Assembly (NCBI GenBank): GCA_963796955.1
Contig: CAWCNJ010000004.1
Location: forward strand, 365,624 to 429,623
DNA: 64,000 bases
DNA from: Endomicrobiales bacterium
GTDB lineage: Bacteria; Elusimicrobiota; Endomicrobiia; Endomicrobiales; JALOBY01
Reading direction: 5' to 3'
Shown: positions 43,149 through 53,141 of the stretch, piece after piece
Position numbering within the stretch: the stretch's first letter is position 1
How the letters are laid out: every line of letters begins with the position of its first letter
The notes under the pieces: model-generated
Told to the model about the DNA's origin: nothing
The model's input: only the letters and a program-made list of their open reading frames with translations
Databases searched by the model: none
Position numbers and translations under genes: made by a program

Positions 43149-44168
43149 TTATCTAAAAATAATTATAGTCGATATGTAACCCAGGTAAAACAGCCCCAGA
43201 AAAAGCGCTGTGTAAGGTGATAACTTTTTACGGAATTTAACTTCGGCCAACATGATCAACGCTGATGAAAGGGCTATTATCGCCGATAACAACGGAAGGC
43301 CTTTTACCTGCCAGTCGGTAAGGAGCAATCCTACTGAAACGGGGAACGTCGCCTGAAATACCATGGCTCCCGTAATATTGCACATCGCCAACGTGTCTTT
43401 GTTCTTCAGTGTCCAGGTTATGGAGTTGAATTTTTCAGGCAGCTCGGTGGCAATGGGTGCGACGATCAAAGCGAAAAGCATCGGGTCAAAACCGAAATAA
43501 GCACAAACGTCAGATATCGAGTTTACAAAAACCTGGGCGCTGCCGACCATGATAGCCAGGGTGGAAACTCCCTGGATTATTATCAGCCACATCCGGCTGT
43601 GTTCGGGCTCGGCCATTCCTAACTTCCCGAGTAAATTGCTAAGGTGCAGGTTGCCGTCATGCTCTACATCCGCGCTGTCGGCTTTCGCGGTTAAGTGAAT
43701 GTAGTAGCCGTAGCCAAGGATAAGTAGAACAGCCAAAGGTATTTTTATGGAGTGCCCGAGTACCATCGGAAGAAGAACGGCTGAGCCGTACAGGATAACA
43801 AAGAACGTCAGATCCCTTTGAACGGATCTGTATTCCAGGTTCAACGAAAATTTGCGGCGGCCTAATAAATAGGTTACCAGCGCGGTCACGCCGACAAGGC
43901 AGGTGGTAAGCGTTGACAGCATGAACGGGGCGCCGAGAATAGCGCCGACACCGATCTGATCGCTGGTCTCTTTTGAGTCCATCAGTATGGCCACGAGCGG
44001 CAATATGGTTTCCGGTAAGGCGGTACCGACAGCCGCGAACACGCTGCCGACAACAGCCTGCGACAATTCCAGTTTTCTGCCAAGGGCCTCAACCGAATTC
44101 GTAAATCCCTCGGCGGCGGCAAGGATGGCAAGAAGGCTGACGATCAGCAGCACTATCGAAAATAGCAC
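43149..44168 (-). CDS. CaCA-family (Na+/Ca2+ exchanger-like) membrane protein
   Basis: Alpha repeats GTALPE and ATELPE; GTG start at 44168 with AGGAG inside the bioF end. Confidence 0.88.
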   Translation of the reverse strand: MLFSIVLLIVSLLAILAAAEGFTNSVEALGRKLELSQAVVGSVFAAVGTALPETILPLVAILMDSKETSDQIGVGAILGAPFMLSTLTTCLVGVTALVTYLLGRRKFSLNLEYRSVQRDLTFFVILYGSAVLLPMVLGHSIKIPLAVLLILGYGYYIHLTAKADSADVEHDGNLHLSNLLGKLGMAEPEHSRMWLIIIQGVSTLAIMVGSAQVFVNSISDVCAYFGFDPMLFALIVAPIATELPEKFNSITWTLKNKDTLAMCNITGAMVFQATFPVSVGLLLTDWQVKGLPLLSAIIALSSALIMLAEVKFRKKLSPYTALFLGLFYLGYISTIIIFR

Positions 44169-44170
44169 GG

Positions 44171-45282
44171 TTACTCCTTGATCAGACCTATCAACGTATC
44201 GATATGTTCGTCGGTGTGGTCGGCGGTTACGGAAAAGCGTATGCGGCACTGGCCGTCGGGCACCGTGGGCGTCCGGATGGCCGGCGCGTATATAGTATGC
44301 TCTTGCAGCAAACCGGCTAACTCCTGCGCGCTCGCCGCGGTCCCTGTTATAAGGGGGATGATCTGGCTTTGGCTTCCGGCTATGTTTTTACCGGCGAGAG
44401 TGAAAGCTTCTCGTACGCGTCGAGCGTTAGAAAGCACCCGCGCTCTCAAATTCGGTTCTGTTTTGATTATCTCGATGGCTTTCAACGCCGCTGCCGCGTT
44501 CGCCGGAGCCAGGGCGGTGGTATAAATAAATGAACGGGATTTGTTGATCAGATAGTCCACAAGTTCCGTGGAACCGCAGACGTACGCTCCCTGCGAGCCT
44601 ATTGCCTTGGAAAGCGTTCCCATTATTATATCAATTTTTTCGCTGAGATTGAACTGCTCCGCAAGGCCCGCGCCATTCGCCCCGAAAAGGCCGGTGGCGT
44701 GCGCTTCATCAACCATGGTCAACGCCCCGTACATCGCAGCAAGTTCGACGATACTATCAAGCGGTGCCATGTCGCCGTCCATGGAAAAGAGTGTGTCGGT
44801 TATCACAACCTTCTTTTTATAGCCTTTGGCCCGTTTGAGCACTTTTTCAAGGCTGTTCATGTCGGTATGTGCGTACGGGAATATGCGGGCGCCCGAAAGT
44901 TTCGCGCCGTCCCAGAGGGATGCGTGGTCGAGGCGATCCATAATAATGCAATCGCCGCTGTTGAACAGAGAACTGATTATGCCAAGGTTCGCCTGATAAC
45001 CGCTGGGGTACACCAGCGCCGCCGGTGTGTATTTGAAGGCCGCCAGTTCCTCTTCCAATTGCCGGTGTATCGCCATAGTGCCGGAAATAAGGCGGGAAGA
45101 AGTGCCGCCGGTCCCGAAGGTGTGCAGGGCATCAACAGCAGCAGCGATCATTTTGGGGTGGTGGGAAAGGCCCAGGTAGTCGTTCGAGGAAAAATGTATG
45201 TCTGCCGGTCGCGCGTGTCTAAGGGTGCGGTACAATCCTATCGTTTTAGCTGCTCCAATTCCTGGCGCATGAAGTTTTGCAC
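44171..45282 (-). CDS. bioF: 8-amino-7-oxononanoate synthase (1-nt frameshift at ~45245)
   Basis: FSSNDYLGL, SGYQAN, HAS, FSMDGD, DEAH, GTLSKA. Adding one A (plus-strand T run 45244-45247) gives N-terminus MQNFMRQELEQLKTIGLYRTLR from GTG 45282. Confidence 0.93.
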
Positions 45283-45290
45283 GGATAGCC

Positions 45291-46421
45291 TCAAAGTCTG
45301 CGCGCGCTCAGCACGCCGATCTGGCCGCCGAAGCCGAAGGAGAGCGACATAGCGGTTGTGACGGCGCGGCGGCGGCTTAAGTGCGGCGTATAGTCAAGAT
45401 CGCAGTCAGGGTCGGCAAAATGCAGGTTCAGTGTCGGGGGAATGGTGTTATCCCGCATGGCAAGCAAAGAAATGCCGAACTCTACGGCGCCCGAAGCGCC
45501 AAGCAGATGGCCGGTCGCGGCCTTTGTGGATGATACGGAAATGCCCGCTGCGTTCTCGCCAAAAGCCTGTTTGATCGCCAGTGATTCGGCCCGGTCGTTT
45601 TGTGTTGTCGCGGTGCCGTGGGCGTTAATATAGTCCACCGTGGTTTGGCCGGTCATTTTAAGGGCGTTGCTGATAGCGCCGGAGATGCTTGTACCATCCG
45701 GTGTGAACGAGCAGGGCATATGGATATCGTTAGCCATCGCCCAGCCGTTAAGTATGCCATACACCTTCGAGCCCCTCAGCAAGGCGTGGTGTTTGTTCTC
45801 CAGTATCAAAATGCCGGCGCCTTCGCCTATGGCGAAACCCTGGCGGTTCCTGTCAAAAGGCCGCACCTGGTCTTTTGCCAGCACGCCCATCTTGTTAAAG
45901 CCGGCTATGTATAACGGGTGCAGGGAAGATTCCGCGGCGCCGGCGATAACCACATCGCACACACCATCGCGTATCCACTGGGCGCCCAGCATTATGGAAT
46001 GTGTTCCGGTCGCGCAGGCGGCGCTGATAGAGCGCAGGGGGCCGCGCAGCTTCAATATTCTGTAGAGCTGTTCGCCGACGGCGCCCGGATAGTAGGCTTC
46101 ATTAAAGGGGATACTGCGGACATCTGAACTCGCTAAGTTTGGTTTGCTGGCGCTTACGGTGCATCCTATGCGGGCGGCCGCGATCTCATGCAAATTCATC
46201 TTTGCATCATCAACGGCCTCAGCCGCCGCCAGAAAGCTCATGGAGAGCAGGCGCAGTTCGGGGGGAAAAGACAGACCCTCGACAGAGGCCGAAACAATGC
46301 CCGGAAAAAGAGGATTATCCTTAACGGCGCTCGCTGAGGCAGTAAGCGCGGCCCAGGTCTTTTCCCGGCCAATGCCAAGCGGCGTCACCATCCCAATACC
46401 TGTTATCGCTACTTCGTTCAT
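45291..46421 (-). CDS. Divergent FabF-like beta-ketoacyl-ACP synthase
   Basis: Cys-His-His triad intact: SAACATG, INAHGTAT, STK..TGHLLGA; also GEGAG and SFGFGG. About 376 aa. Confidence 0.9.
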   Translation of the reverse strand: MNEVAITGIGMVTPLGIGREKTWAALTASASAVKDNPLFPGIVSASVEGLSFPPELRLLSMSFLAAAEAVDDAKMNLHEIAAARIGCTVSASKPNLASSDVRSIPFNEAYYPGAVGEQLYRILKLRGPLRSISAACATGTHSIMLGAQWIRDGVCDVVIAGAAESSLHPLYIAGFNKMGVLAKDQVRPFDRNRQGFAIGEGAGILILENKHHALLRGSKVYGILNGWAMANDIHMPCSFTPDGTSISGAISNALKMTGQTTVDYINAHGTATTQNDRAESLAIKQAFGENAAGISVSSTKAATGHLLGASGAVEFGISLLAMRDNTIPPTLNLHFADPDCDLDYTPHLSRRRAVTTAMSLSFGFGGQIGVLSARRL

Positions 46422-46454
46422 AATTTCCTTTACGACCATTCGCAATCGCTCATA

Positions 46455-47186
46455 CTACAACAGCCTTGAATCCCAATTAAAAGTTTGACCCGAAATTGTT
46501 TTTGTTGACGCCAGCATTACTACGAACTGTGCCAGTTCGTGTATATCTGTTGTCGTTTTGAGTACGCTGTCTTCCCTGCTTTGTTTTATATAATTTTCGC
46601 TGGCATGAGCGCCCATGCCGGACAGGTGAAAGCCGGGCATTACGGAGTTGACGCTAATTCCGTGTTCACCGAGCTCAACAGCTGCTTGCCTGCTTAGTTC
46701 AATAAGCGCGCCTTTCGCGGCGGCATAATTGGCCGAGCCCGCCATGCCTTTGATGCCGCCTATGGAAGCAATGTTTATTATGTTGCCGGAGTTTTGAGAG
46801 ATCATAGCCGGGGCGCAGGCGCGGATCATGTTCCAGGGGCCCTTCAGGTCTGTCTCTACTACCAGGTCCCAATGCGCCTCGTCCATCCTTGAGAGGGAAG
46901 AATTATGGCATACGCCGGCGTTGTTGATAAGGGCGTCGATACGTCCGTACTCATCTAAAACAGATTCTATCATTTTATGTACCGTATTTGAATTCGAAAC
47001 ATCCGCCTGAAACGGTTTCGCTGTGCCGCCGAGCGTCTTGATCTTCCGGCAGAGAGCTTCCGCCTGTTCCGCCGAGGTGTGATAGTTTACCGTTACCGCC
47101 CATCCTGTCCGGGCAAATGTTTCAGCCAAAGAGCTGCCGATACCCCGGGCTGCGCCGGTAATAATGACCGTTTTCGCATTATTCAT
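46455..47186 (-). CDS. FabG-like short-chain dehydrogenase/reductase
   Basis: TGAARGIG, NNAG, S...YAAAK; overlaps the bioB stop. Confidence 0.9.
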   Translation of the reverse strand: MNNAKTVIITGAARGIGSSLAETFARTGWAVTVNYHTSAEQAEALCRKIKTLGGTAKPFQADVSNSNTVHKMIESVLDEYGRIDALINNAGVCHNSSLSRMDEAHWDLVVETDLKGPWNMIRACAPAMISQNSGNIINIASIGGIKGMAGSANYAAAKGALIELSRQAAVELGEHGISVNSVMPGFHLSGMGAHASENYIKQSREDSVLKTTTDIHELAQFVVMLASTKTISGQTFNWDSRLL

Positions 47187-48141
47187 TTATTGTTAAACCA
47201 AGATCGGTTATCATTTGAATATCGGTTTTGGGTGAGCGTCCGGGTGTGGTAAGATAGCCGCCGGTCATGGTGCCGTTCGCGCCGGCGTAAAAGATCCAGG
47301 AAAGGCAATCCCGCAGGTTCGTTTCCCTGCCGCCGCAAACGGCGATGTCCTTGTCCGGCATGATGAAACGGAAAATGGCGACAGTGCGCAGGATATCGGC
47401 GACAGGTAAGGGGCTGGTGTTCGCCAGAGGAGTGCCTTCGATGGGGTTGAGTATGTTAATGGGAATAGAATCAACATCAAGCTCCCTGAGCGTTAAAGCG
47501 AATTCCACCCGCTGCTGTGCGTTTTCTCCCATACCGATTATGCCGCCGCTGCAGATTTCCAGGCCTGCTTCTTTCGCCAGGCGGATCGTGCGCAGTTTAT
47601 CGTCGATCGTGTGGGAGGTGCAAATGGAGGGGAAATAGCTGGGCGCTGTTTCCAGGTTGTGGTGAAAACGGTACATGCCGTGTGATTTGAGTTTTTCAAG
47701 GGATCCTTTATCCATAACGCCGAGCGAGCCCGAGATACCTATCTTAAGATGCTGTATCTTGTCGAGAGCCTTGCAGACGACCTCCGTTTCATCATCGGTC
47801 AACGAGCGGCCGCTGGTAACGATGCCAAAACATTTCGCGCCGGCATTGGCCGCCTGCGTGCAGGCTTTGACCAGTTGTTCTTCGTCGACAAGCGGGTAGG
47901 TGGCGACAGAGGTCTTATTATGGGAGGATTGGGCGCAATAACGGCAGTTTTCAGAACAACTGCCGGATTTGGCATTGATGATGCTGCACAGGTTGATGGC
48001 ATTGCCTTTGAAGTGTTTACGCAGGCGATTGGCCTGATATAACAGCTCGTCATAGTCGGCGCTGAGGAGCGCTGTTGCTTCGGTCTCACTGATGCGGTGG
48101 CCGTTAATGATCCTGTCTGCTAAAGCTGTTGATCCTGTCAT
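47179..48141 (-). CDS. bioB: Biotin synthase
   Basis: CSENCRYCAQS radical-SAM motif, HHNLET, CSGGIIGMGE, YLTT.G. Confidence 0.96.
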   Translation of the reverse strand: MTGSTALADRIINGHRISETEATALLSADYDELLYQANRLRKHFKGNAINLCSIINAKSGSCSENCRYCAQSSHNKTSVATYPLVDEEQLVKACTQAANAGAKCFGIVTSGRSLTDDETEVVCKALDKIQHLKIGISGSLGVMDKGSLEKLKSHGMYRFHHNLETAPSYFPSICTSHTIDDKLRTIRLAKEAGLEICSGGIIGMGENAQQRVEFALTLRELDVDSIPINILNPIEGTPLANTSPLPVADILRTVAIFRFIMPDKDIAVCGGRETNLRDCLSWIFYAGANGTMTGGYLTTPGRSPKTDIQMITDLGLTINE

Positions 48142-48144
48142 GTG

Positions 48145-48176
48145 TTGTTAACCTCTAAAAATGTTGTGGTTGACAA
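48145..48176. promoter_or_regulatory. BirA operator of the bio operon
   Basis: TTGTTAAC-N16-GTTGACAA directly upstream of the bioB ATG, matching the known BirA palindrome wwTGTtAAC-N14-16-GTTaACAww; overlaps the bioB SD. Confidence 0.85.
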
Positions 48177-48213
48177 TGACTGCATAAAAATGCGGGAGAA
48201 CGCCCGGCAAATG

Positions 48214-49509
48214 CTAGGCGATGACCCGCAATTTCATAGATGGTTCTTTGGTGAAATTTTGTTTGTCGATCTCTTTTATCGCTTTCGAGATATTGCCTTC
48301 CATCGCGATATGCGAGAGCATAACCACCGAGACTTTTTTGCGGGCCGGGTTGAGCCCTTCCCGTTGATAGACGCTCGCGATAGAGACTTTGTGTTTGCCG
48401 AGTATGCCGGCGATCTTGGCGAGCACGCCCGGCTGGTCCGCGACGGTAAAGCGCAGGTAATAGCAGGATTCTATTTTTTCGGCCGGAAGGAATTTTACTT
48501 TATTGGCCGGGTTGTACGTCACATCGGGCAGTATGCCGGCGGTGCCGTGCGCGACGTGGCGGGCCAGGTACATAATATCGCTGACGACGGCGGAGGCGGC
48601 GGCAAGCTGCCCCGCGCCTTTGCCGTAGAGCATGACATCGCCGACGGAATCGCCGGTTATGGAAACGGCGTTATATTCTTTTTCAACGTTGGCGAAGGTA
48701 TGTTTCTCGCTGATCAGGCAGGGTTCAACGGAAAGGGCGAGCCGGCCGTCCATCATCTCGGCGGAGCCTATCAGCTTTATAACGTGGCCGAATTCTTCGC
48801 GCGCCGCTTTTACGTCTTCGTCGGAAATTCTGGTGATGCCGGTGGTCTTAATATCCTCTATCTTGATCCAGGTGGACCAGGCGAGCGATGAAAGAACTGC
48901 CAGCTTATGGGCGGTGTCTATGCCGTCCACGTCGAATGCCGGGTCTGCTTCCGCAAATCCCGATTTCTGGGCACGGGCAAGGGCTTTTGCATAGTCCAGT
49001 TTGTTATGCGTCATTTCTGAGAGAATGAAATTGGTTGTGCCGTTAAGGATGCCGGTAATTTTCTCAATGCGGTTAGCGGCGAGGCCTTCGTTCAGGGCCT
49101 GTATCACGGGTATGCCGCCGCCGACGGAAGCTTCAAAATAGACCAGTTTCTGGTGTTTTGTGGCCTCGGTGAAAACCTCTCCCCAATATTTCGCGAGCAC
49201 GGCTTTGTTGGCGGTAACCACGTGTTTGCCGGCTTTCAGCGATTCCATTATGATGGTGCGGGCCGGCTCATAGCCGCCGATAAGTTCGACGATGATCTCT
49301 ATTTCGGGGTTTTCAAGCAGGTCCTGATAACGTTTCGTGAATATATCTTTACGGCCTGCAGGCGCGGGGCGCAGGTCGCAAATACCGGCGATCTCTATGG
49401 GAACGCCGATCCTTTCAGATATGCATTTTTCGTTGTCCTCAATGATCTTGTCGACACCCTGGCCGACAGTGCCGTAGCCTATCAAGCCCACTTTTATTGA
49501 ATTGGTCAT
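48214..49509 (-). CDS. hom: Homoserine dehydrogenase with ACT domain
   Basis: GYGTVG, VVTANKA, EASVGGGIP, NGTTN, GFAEADP. Confidence 0.96.
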   Translation of the reverse strand: MTNSIKVGLIGYGTVGQGVDKIIEDNEKCISERIGVPIEIAGICDLRPAPAGRKDIFTKRYQDLLENPEIEIIVELIGGYEPARTIIMESLKAGKHVVTANKAVLAKYWGEVFTEATKHQKLVYFEASVGGGIPVIQALNEGLAANRIEKITGILNGTTNFILSEMTHNKLDYAKALARAQKSGFAEADPAFDVDGIDTAHKLAVLSSLAWSTWIKIEDIKTTGITRISDEDVKAAREEFGHVIKLIGSAEMMDGRLALSVEPCLISEKHTFANVEKEYNAVSITGDSVGDVMLYGKGAGQLAAASAVVSDIMYLARHVAHGTAGILPDVTYNPANKVKFLPAEKIESCYYLRFTVADQPGVLAKIAGILGKHKVSIASVYQREGLNPARKKVSVVMLSHIAMEGNISKAIKEIDKQNFTKEPSMKLRVIA

Positions 49510-49531
49510 CTATAGATCCTTATCCTTTTTT

Positions 49532-50728
49532 CTATTTTCCGTGAGTTTTTATGAATTGTTTCAGGCGCAGCAGTACGTCGTGGAAGCGCTTGTCGTGCGT
49601 AACCAGCGCCATGCGGATATAGCCTTCGCCGCATTCGCCGAAGCCGGTACCGGGGGAAACCACCACACCGGTCTCTTTCAGCAGCAGCTCGGAGAACGTC
49701 ATACTGTCCATGTGGCACAATTGTTTCGGCAATTTAAGCCACAGGTACATGGTGCCTTTGGTCATCGTGCAGGGCCAGCCCATTTTGTTAAGGCCGTCCA
49801 CCATCATTTTAGCACGGTGCTCGTAGATCTTTGATTGTTCCTTCACGCAATCCTGCGATCCTTCCAGGGCGGCGACCGCGGCCAGCTGAATGAACGTTGG
49901 GGCGCCGTAATCAAGGAAAGACTTGAATTTTTCTATCGGGTACAGAAGTTTTTGATCTCCGCACGCCCAGCCGATGCGCCAGCCGGCCATGTTGAACGTT
50001 TTAGACGTCGAGTGGAATTCCAGAGCGATATCGCGGGCGCCGGGTATCTCGAAGATAGAGGGGGCAACGTAATCGCCGAACGTGATCTCAGAATAGGCGT
50101 TATCATACACCAGCAATATCTCATGCTTTTTGGCGAAGGCGACGGCTTCGTAGAGGAACCCGATATCTTCGACCACGGCTGTCGTCGGGTTGCTGGGGTA
50201 GCTGAGGAACATGAGCTTGGCTTTTTTTGCCGCGCTTTCCGGTATCTTTGAAAAATCGGGCAGGAATTTGTTCTCTTCTGTAAGAGGCACGGAGTGCACG
50301 ACGCCGCCGGCAAGCACCACACCGTTAAAATGCACGGGGTACGTGGGGTTGCAGACCAGCGCGGTATCGCCCGGGTTCAGGTAGGCCATGCACAGGTGCG
50401 CCACGCCTTCCTTTGAACCGATCAGGGAGATGATCTCTTTTTCGGGATCCAGTGTTACGTTGAACCGGTTTAGCATCCAGGTAGCGACGGCCTTGCGGAA
50501 CCGGGGCATGCCTTTCGCCTGCGGGTAACGGTGTGTTTTAGCGTGATGTTTTACGGTGTCCACCAGCCGGTCTACCACGTGCGCGGGCGTCGGCAGATCG
50601 GGGTTGCCCATGCCAAGGTCGATCACATCAAGTTTCTTGGCGTAAGCATCCATCTTAAGCGCGTTAATGCGCGCGAAAAGATACGGCGGCAGAGAGGCAA
50701 GTTTGTCGGACGGTCTAATTTTTTCCAT
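49532..50728 (-). CDS. Class I/II PLP aminotransferase (AlaC / LL-DAP aminotransferase-like)
   Basis: DLGMGNPD, GSKEG, YPSNPT, D.AY, SKTFNMAGWRIG. Confidence 0.88.
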   Translation of the reverse strand: MEKIRPSDKLASLPPYLFARINALKMDAYAKKLDVIDLGMGNPDLPTPAHVVDRLVDTVKHHAKTHRYPQAKGMPRFRKAVATWMLNRFNVTLDPEKEIISLIGSKEGVAHLCMAYLNPGDTALVCNPTYPVHFNGVVLAGGVVHSVPLTEENKFLPDFSKIPESAAKKAKLMFLSYPSNPTTAVVEDIGFLYEAVAFAKKHEILLVYDNAYSEITFGDYVAPSIFEIPGARDIALEFHSTSKTFNMAGWRIGWACGDQKLLYPIEKFKSFLDYGAPTFIQLAAVAALEGSQDCVKEQSKIYEHRAKMMVDGLNKMGWPCTMTKGTMYLWLKLPKQLCHMDSMTFSELLLKETGVVVSPGTGFGECGEGYIRMALVTHDKRFHDVLLRLKQFIKTHGK

Positions 50729-50737
50729 TAAGGGATC

Positions 50738-51031
50738 CTATAATAAAGTTTTTTGCGTAGTTTGACGTTCTATGAACAGCGGCAGCCTTTTAGCGTAGTG
50801 AAAAAGTATTAATGCGGTTAAAATGCAGGCCGCGCCGTATGCTATCTCAAAGCCCGACCAGGTGAACCATTGCTGGCGGGTAACGAACTCCCATTTGTGC
50901 TGCGAAAAGTAATTCGCCTCAGGTTCCCCTATAAAAGCGTCCCATACGCCTTTCAACGATACGAAAACACCCCAAATGAAAAATATCCTTCCAGCTATAT
51001 GTAATAATCCGCGTATCTTGATCTTTTCCAT
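50738..51031 (-). CDS. Small two-TM hypothetical protein
   Basis: ORF with two hydrophobic segments filling the gap; start 51031 or 51040. Confidence 0.65.
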   Translation of the reverse strand: MEKIKIRGLLHIAGRIFFIWGVFVSLKGVWDAFIGEPEANYFSQHKWEFVTRQQWFTWSGFEIAYGAACILTALILFHYAKRLPLFIERQTTQKTLL

Positions 51032-51048
51032 GGTTGCCATATTATAAC

Positions 51049-51079
51049 AAAAAACTCCCATGAATGCACTCATAGGAGT
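51049..51079 (-). terminator. Intrinsic terminator of the HU gene
   Basis: Minus strand ctcctatgag-tgca-ttcatgggag followed by U6. Confidence 0.75.
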
Positions 51080-51101
51080 CGAAAATAGGTGCTATTTCAA
51101 A

Positions 51102-51374
51102 TTACTGGATCAGTTTGCGTAAGGTGGTTGTTGGCTTGAATGAGACCTTTTTCCCGGGAGGGACGGGAATGATCTCGCCGGTTTTAGGATTTCTGCCCTG
51201 GCGCGCCTTGCGTGCCTTGGTGCGGAACGAGCCCAGGCCGGAAAGGGAGACGACTTCGCCGGTCTTAAGGTTGTCCTGGATAACATGCACCAGCGCTTTT
51301 ATCGCCTTGTTCGCGTCTCCAAGAGTTAAACCTGTGAAATCCGCAACTTTTTTAACCACGTCCGGTTTCTTCAT
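51102..51374 (-). CDS. hup: HU DNA-binding protein
   Basis: GLGSF...RKARQGRNPKTGE...VSFKP; SD AGGAGG. Confidence 0.95.
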   Translation of the reverse strand: MKKPDVVKKVADFTGLTLGDANKAIKALVHVIQDNLKTGEVVSLSGLGSFRTKARKARQGRNPKTGEIIPVPPGKKVSFKPTTTLRKLIQ

Positions 51375-51521
51375 TGCGTCTCCTCCTGACGAACTACAAC
51401 ACGCTAATCGTCTCAGACAAGTAAAATATTCAATTTTAGGTTGAATTCTATATCACTTTCACTTTATATATAACATACGCATCTATCTTTGTCAAGGGGA
51501 AAATGAACTGTTATTTCAATG

Positions 51522-51559
51522 AAAAAAAGAAAACCACGCTTGTAAGCATGGTTTTCTTT
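51522..51559 (-). terminator. Intrinsic terminator after gltD
   Basis: Minus strand aaagaaaaccatgct-taca-agcgtggttttc followed by U7. Confidence 0.8.
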
Positions 51560-51584
51560 GTATGGTTTTTGTAATTCCTACTAC

Positions 51585-53030
51585 TTATATAACAGGCAGC
51601 GAGCTCTTTCCCATCAGATATTCGTCAATAAAACGGGCCGCTTTGCGCCCTTCCGATATCGCCCAGACTACCAGAGACTGGCCTCTTCTCATATCTCCGG
51701 CGGCGAAAACCTTCTTAACGGAAGTCATGAATTTTTCATCGGTTTTAACGTTGCCTCTGGCGTCGAGCTCCAACGCGAGGTTCTTGATGAGACCGCCGTG
51801 TTCGGGATGCAGAAAACCTATTGCAAGAACAACGATATCTGCCTCTATTATGAATTCAGATCCCGCAACTTCTTTCATGACAGGGCTGCCCTTGGCATCT
51901 TTTTGCGAGAAATCTGCTTTAACGCAGTGGACTTTAGTCACCTTGCCGTTGGCGCCTTCAAACTTTTTAGTAAGAATGGCCCACTGGCGATCGACACCTT
52001 CTTCATGGCTTGAGGTCGTTTTCAGCAGCGTCGGATATTTCGGCCAATCCTGACCTTCCGGACGCACTTCTCCAGGCTGCGGCATCACTTCTATCTGTTT
52101 AACGCAGGAGGCACCCTGTCTGTTTGCCGTTCCGACGCAGTCCGATCCGGTGTCACCGCCGCCTATGACCAGCACTTTCTTGCCTTTAGCGTTGATATCG
52201 GCGCTGTAACAGAAGGTCTCACCGCAAATTTTGCGGTTCGTCTGCATAAGGTAATCCATCGCAAAGTAGATGCCGTCCAGCTCCCGGCCTTCTATTTTCA
52301 TATCGCGCGGGGTTCTGGATCCGCCGCTCAGGCATATCGCGTCGAAATTCTTCAAAAGTTGATCGGTGGTCATATTAACGCCGACGTTCACTTTTGTTGT
52401 GAATGTTACGCCGGCGTCCCTCAAGAGGTCTATTCTCCGGGAAACGACTGATTTTTCAATTTTGAAGTCGGGAATGCCGAAACGCAGGATACCGCCGGGC
52501 TGCTCATCTTTTTCGAAAACCGTTACGGTATGTCCGGCCTTGTTCAGTTGGTCGGCAGCCGCAAGACCTGCGGGGCCTGAGCCCACGACGGCAACCTTTT
52601 TGCCGGTGCGCACTTTGGGAGCGTCAGACGTTACATAGCCCGCTTTGAAGGCATGCTCAATAATGGCAAGTTCATCTTCACGTATGGTAACGGCATCGTC
52701 GTTTATACCAAGCACGCAGGCGTATTCGCACAGCGCCGGGCACAGCCGGCCCGTGAACTCCGGGAAATTATTGTTGGCGGCAAGCAGTTCGTAGGCCTGT
52801 TTCCACTGTTTGCGGTAGACCAGATCGTTCCATTCCGGTATATAATTACCTACCGGGCAGGCGCTGTGGCAGAACGGTGTGCCGCAGTCCATGCATCGGG
52901 ACGCCTGTTCAATACTTGCGGCGTCGCTGCGTGCGGCCACCACATCCTTATAATCTTTAACCCGTTCGCAAACGGGGCGATAGTCAGATGTCTCTCTGGT
53001 AACCTTCAAAAATCCTTTTGGATCGCCCAT
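51585..53030 (-). CDS. gltD: Glutamate synthase small subunit
   Basis: RCMDCGTPFC, GSGPAGL, GGGDTGSDC, GDMRRGQSLVVWAI. Confidence 0.97.
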   Translation of the reverse strand: MGDPKGFLKVTRETSDYRPVCERVKDYKDVVAARSDAASIEQASRCMDCGTPFCHSACPVGNYIPEWNDLVYRKQWKQAYELLAANNNFPEFTGRLCPALCEYACVLGINDDAVTIREDELAIIEHAFKAGYVTSDAPKVRTGKKVAVVGSGPAGLAAADQLNKAGHTVTVFEKDEQPGGILRFGIPDFKIEKSVVSRRIDLLRDAGVTFTTKVNVGVNMTTDQLLKNFDAICLSGGSRTPRDMKIEGRELDGIYFAMDYLMQTNRKICGETFCYSADINAKGKKVLVIGGGDTGSDCVGTANRQGASCVKQIEVMPQPGEVRPEGQDWPKYPTLLKTTSSHEEGVDRQWAILTKKFEGANGKVTKVHCVKADFSQKDAKGSPVMKEVAGSEFIIEADIVVLAIGFLHPEHGGLIKNLALELDARGNVKTDEKFMTSVKKVFAAGDMRRGQSLVVWAISEGRKAARFIDEYLMGKSSLPVI

Positions 53031-53048
53031 AATGTATCTTCCTTAATT

Positions 53049-53136
53049 AGTCCGGAGCTTGGAGTCCGGTGTCCGGAGTAAAATCCAACAACACATTTGC
53101 TTCATTCTCCGGACTCCGGTCTTCGGACTCCGGTCT
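53049..53136. repeat. Inverted pair of heptamer tandem arrays between gltB and gltD
   Basis: tccggag cttggag tccggtg tccggag (53051-53078), a 28-nt spacer, then ctccgga ctccggt cttcgga ctccggt (53107-53134). Confidence 0.88.
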
Positions 53137-53141
53137 GTTGT

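Noticed and set aside
45236..45250. TAG read-through (pyrrolysine) at the start of bioF
   Set aside because: The upstream and downstream parts are in different frames; a one-base indel explains it.
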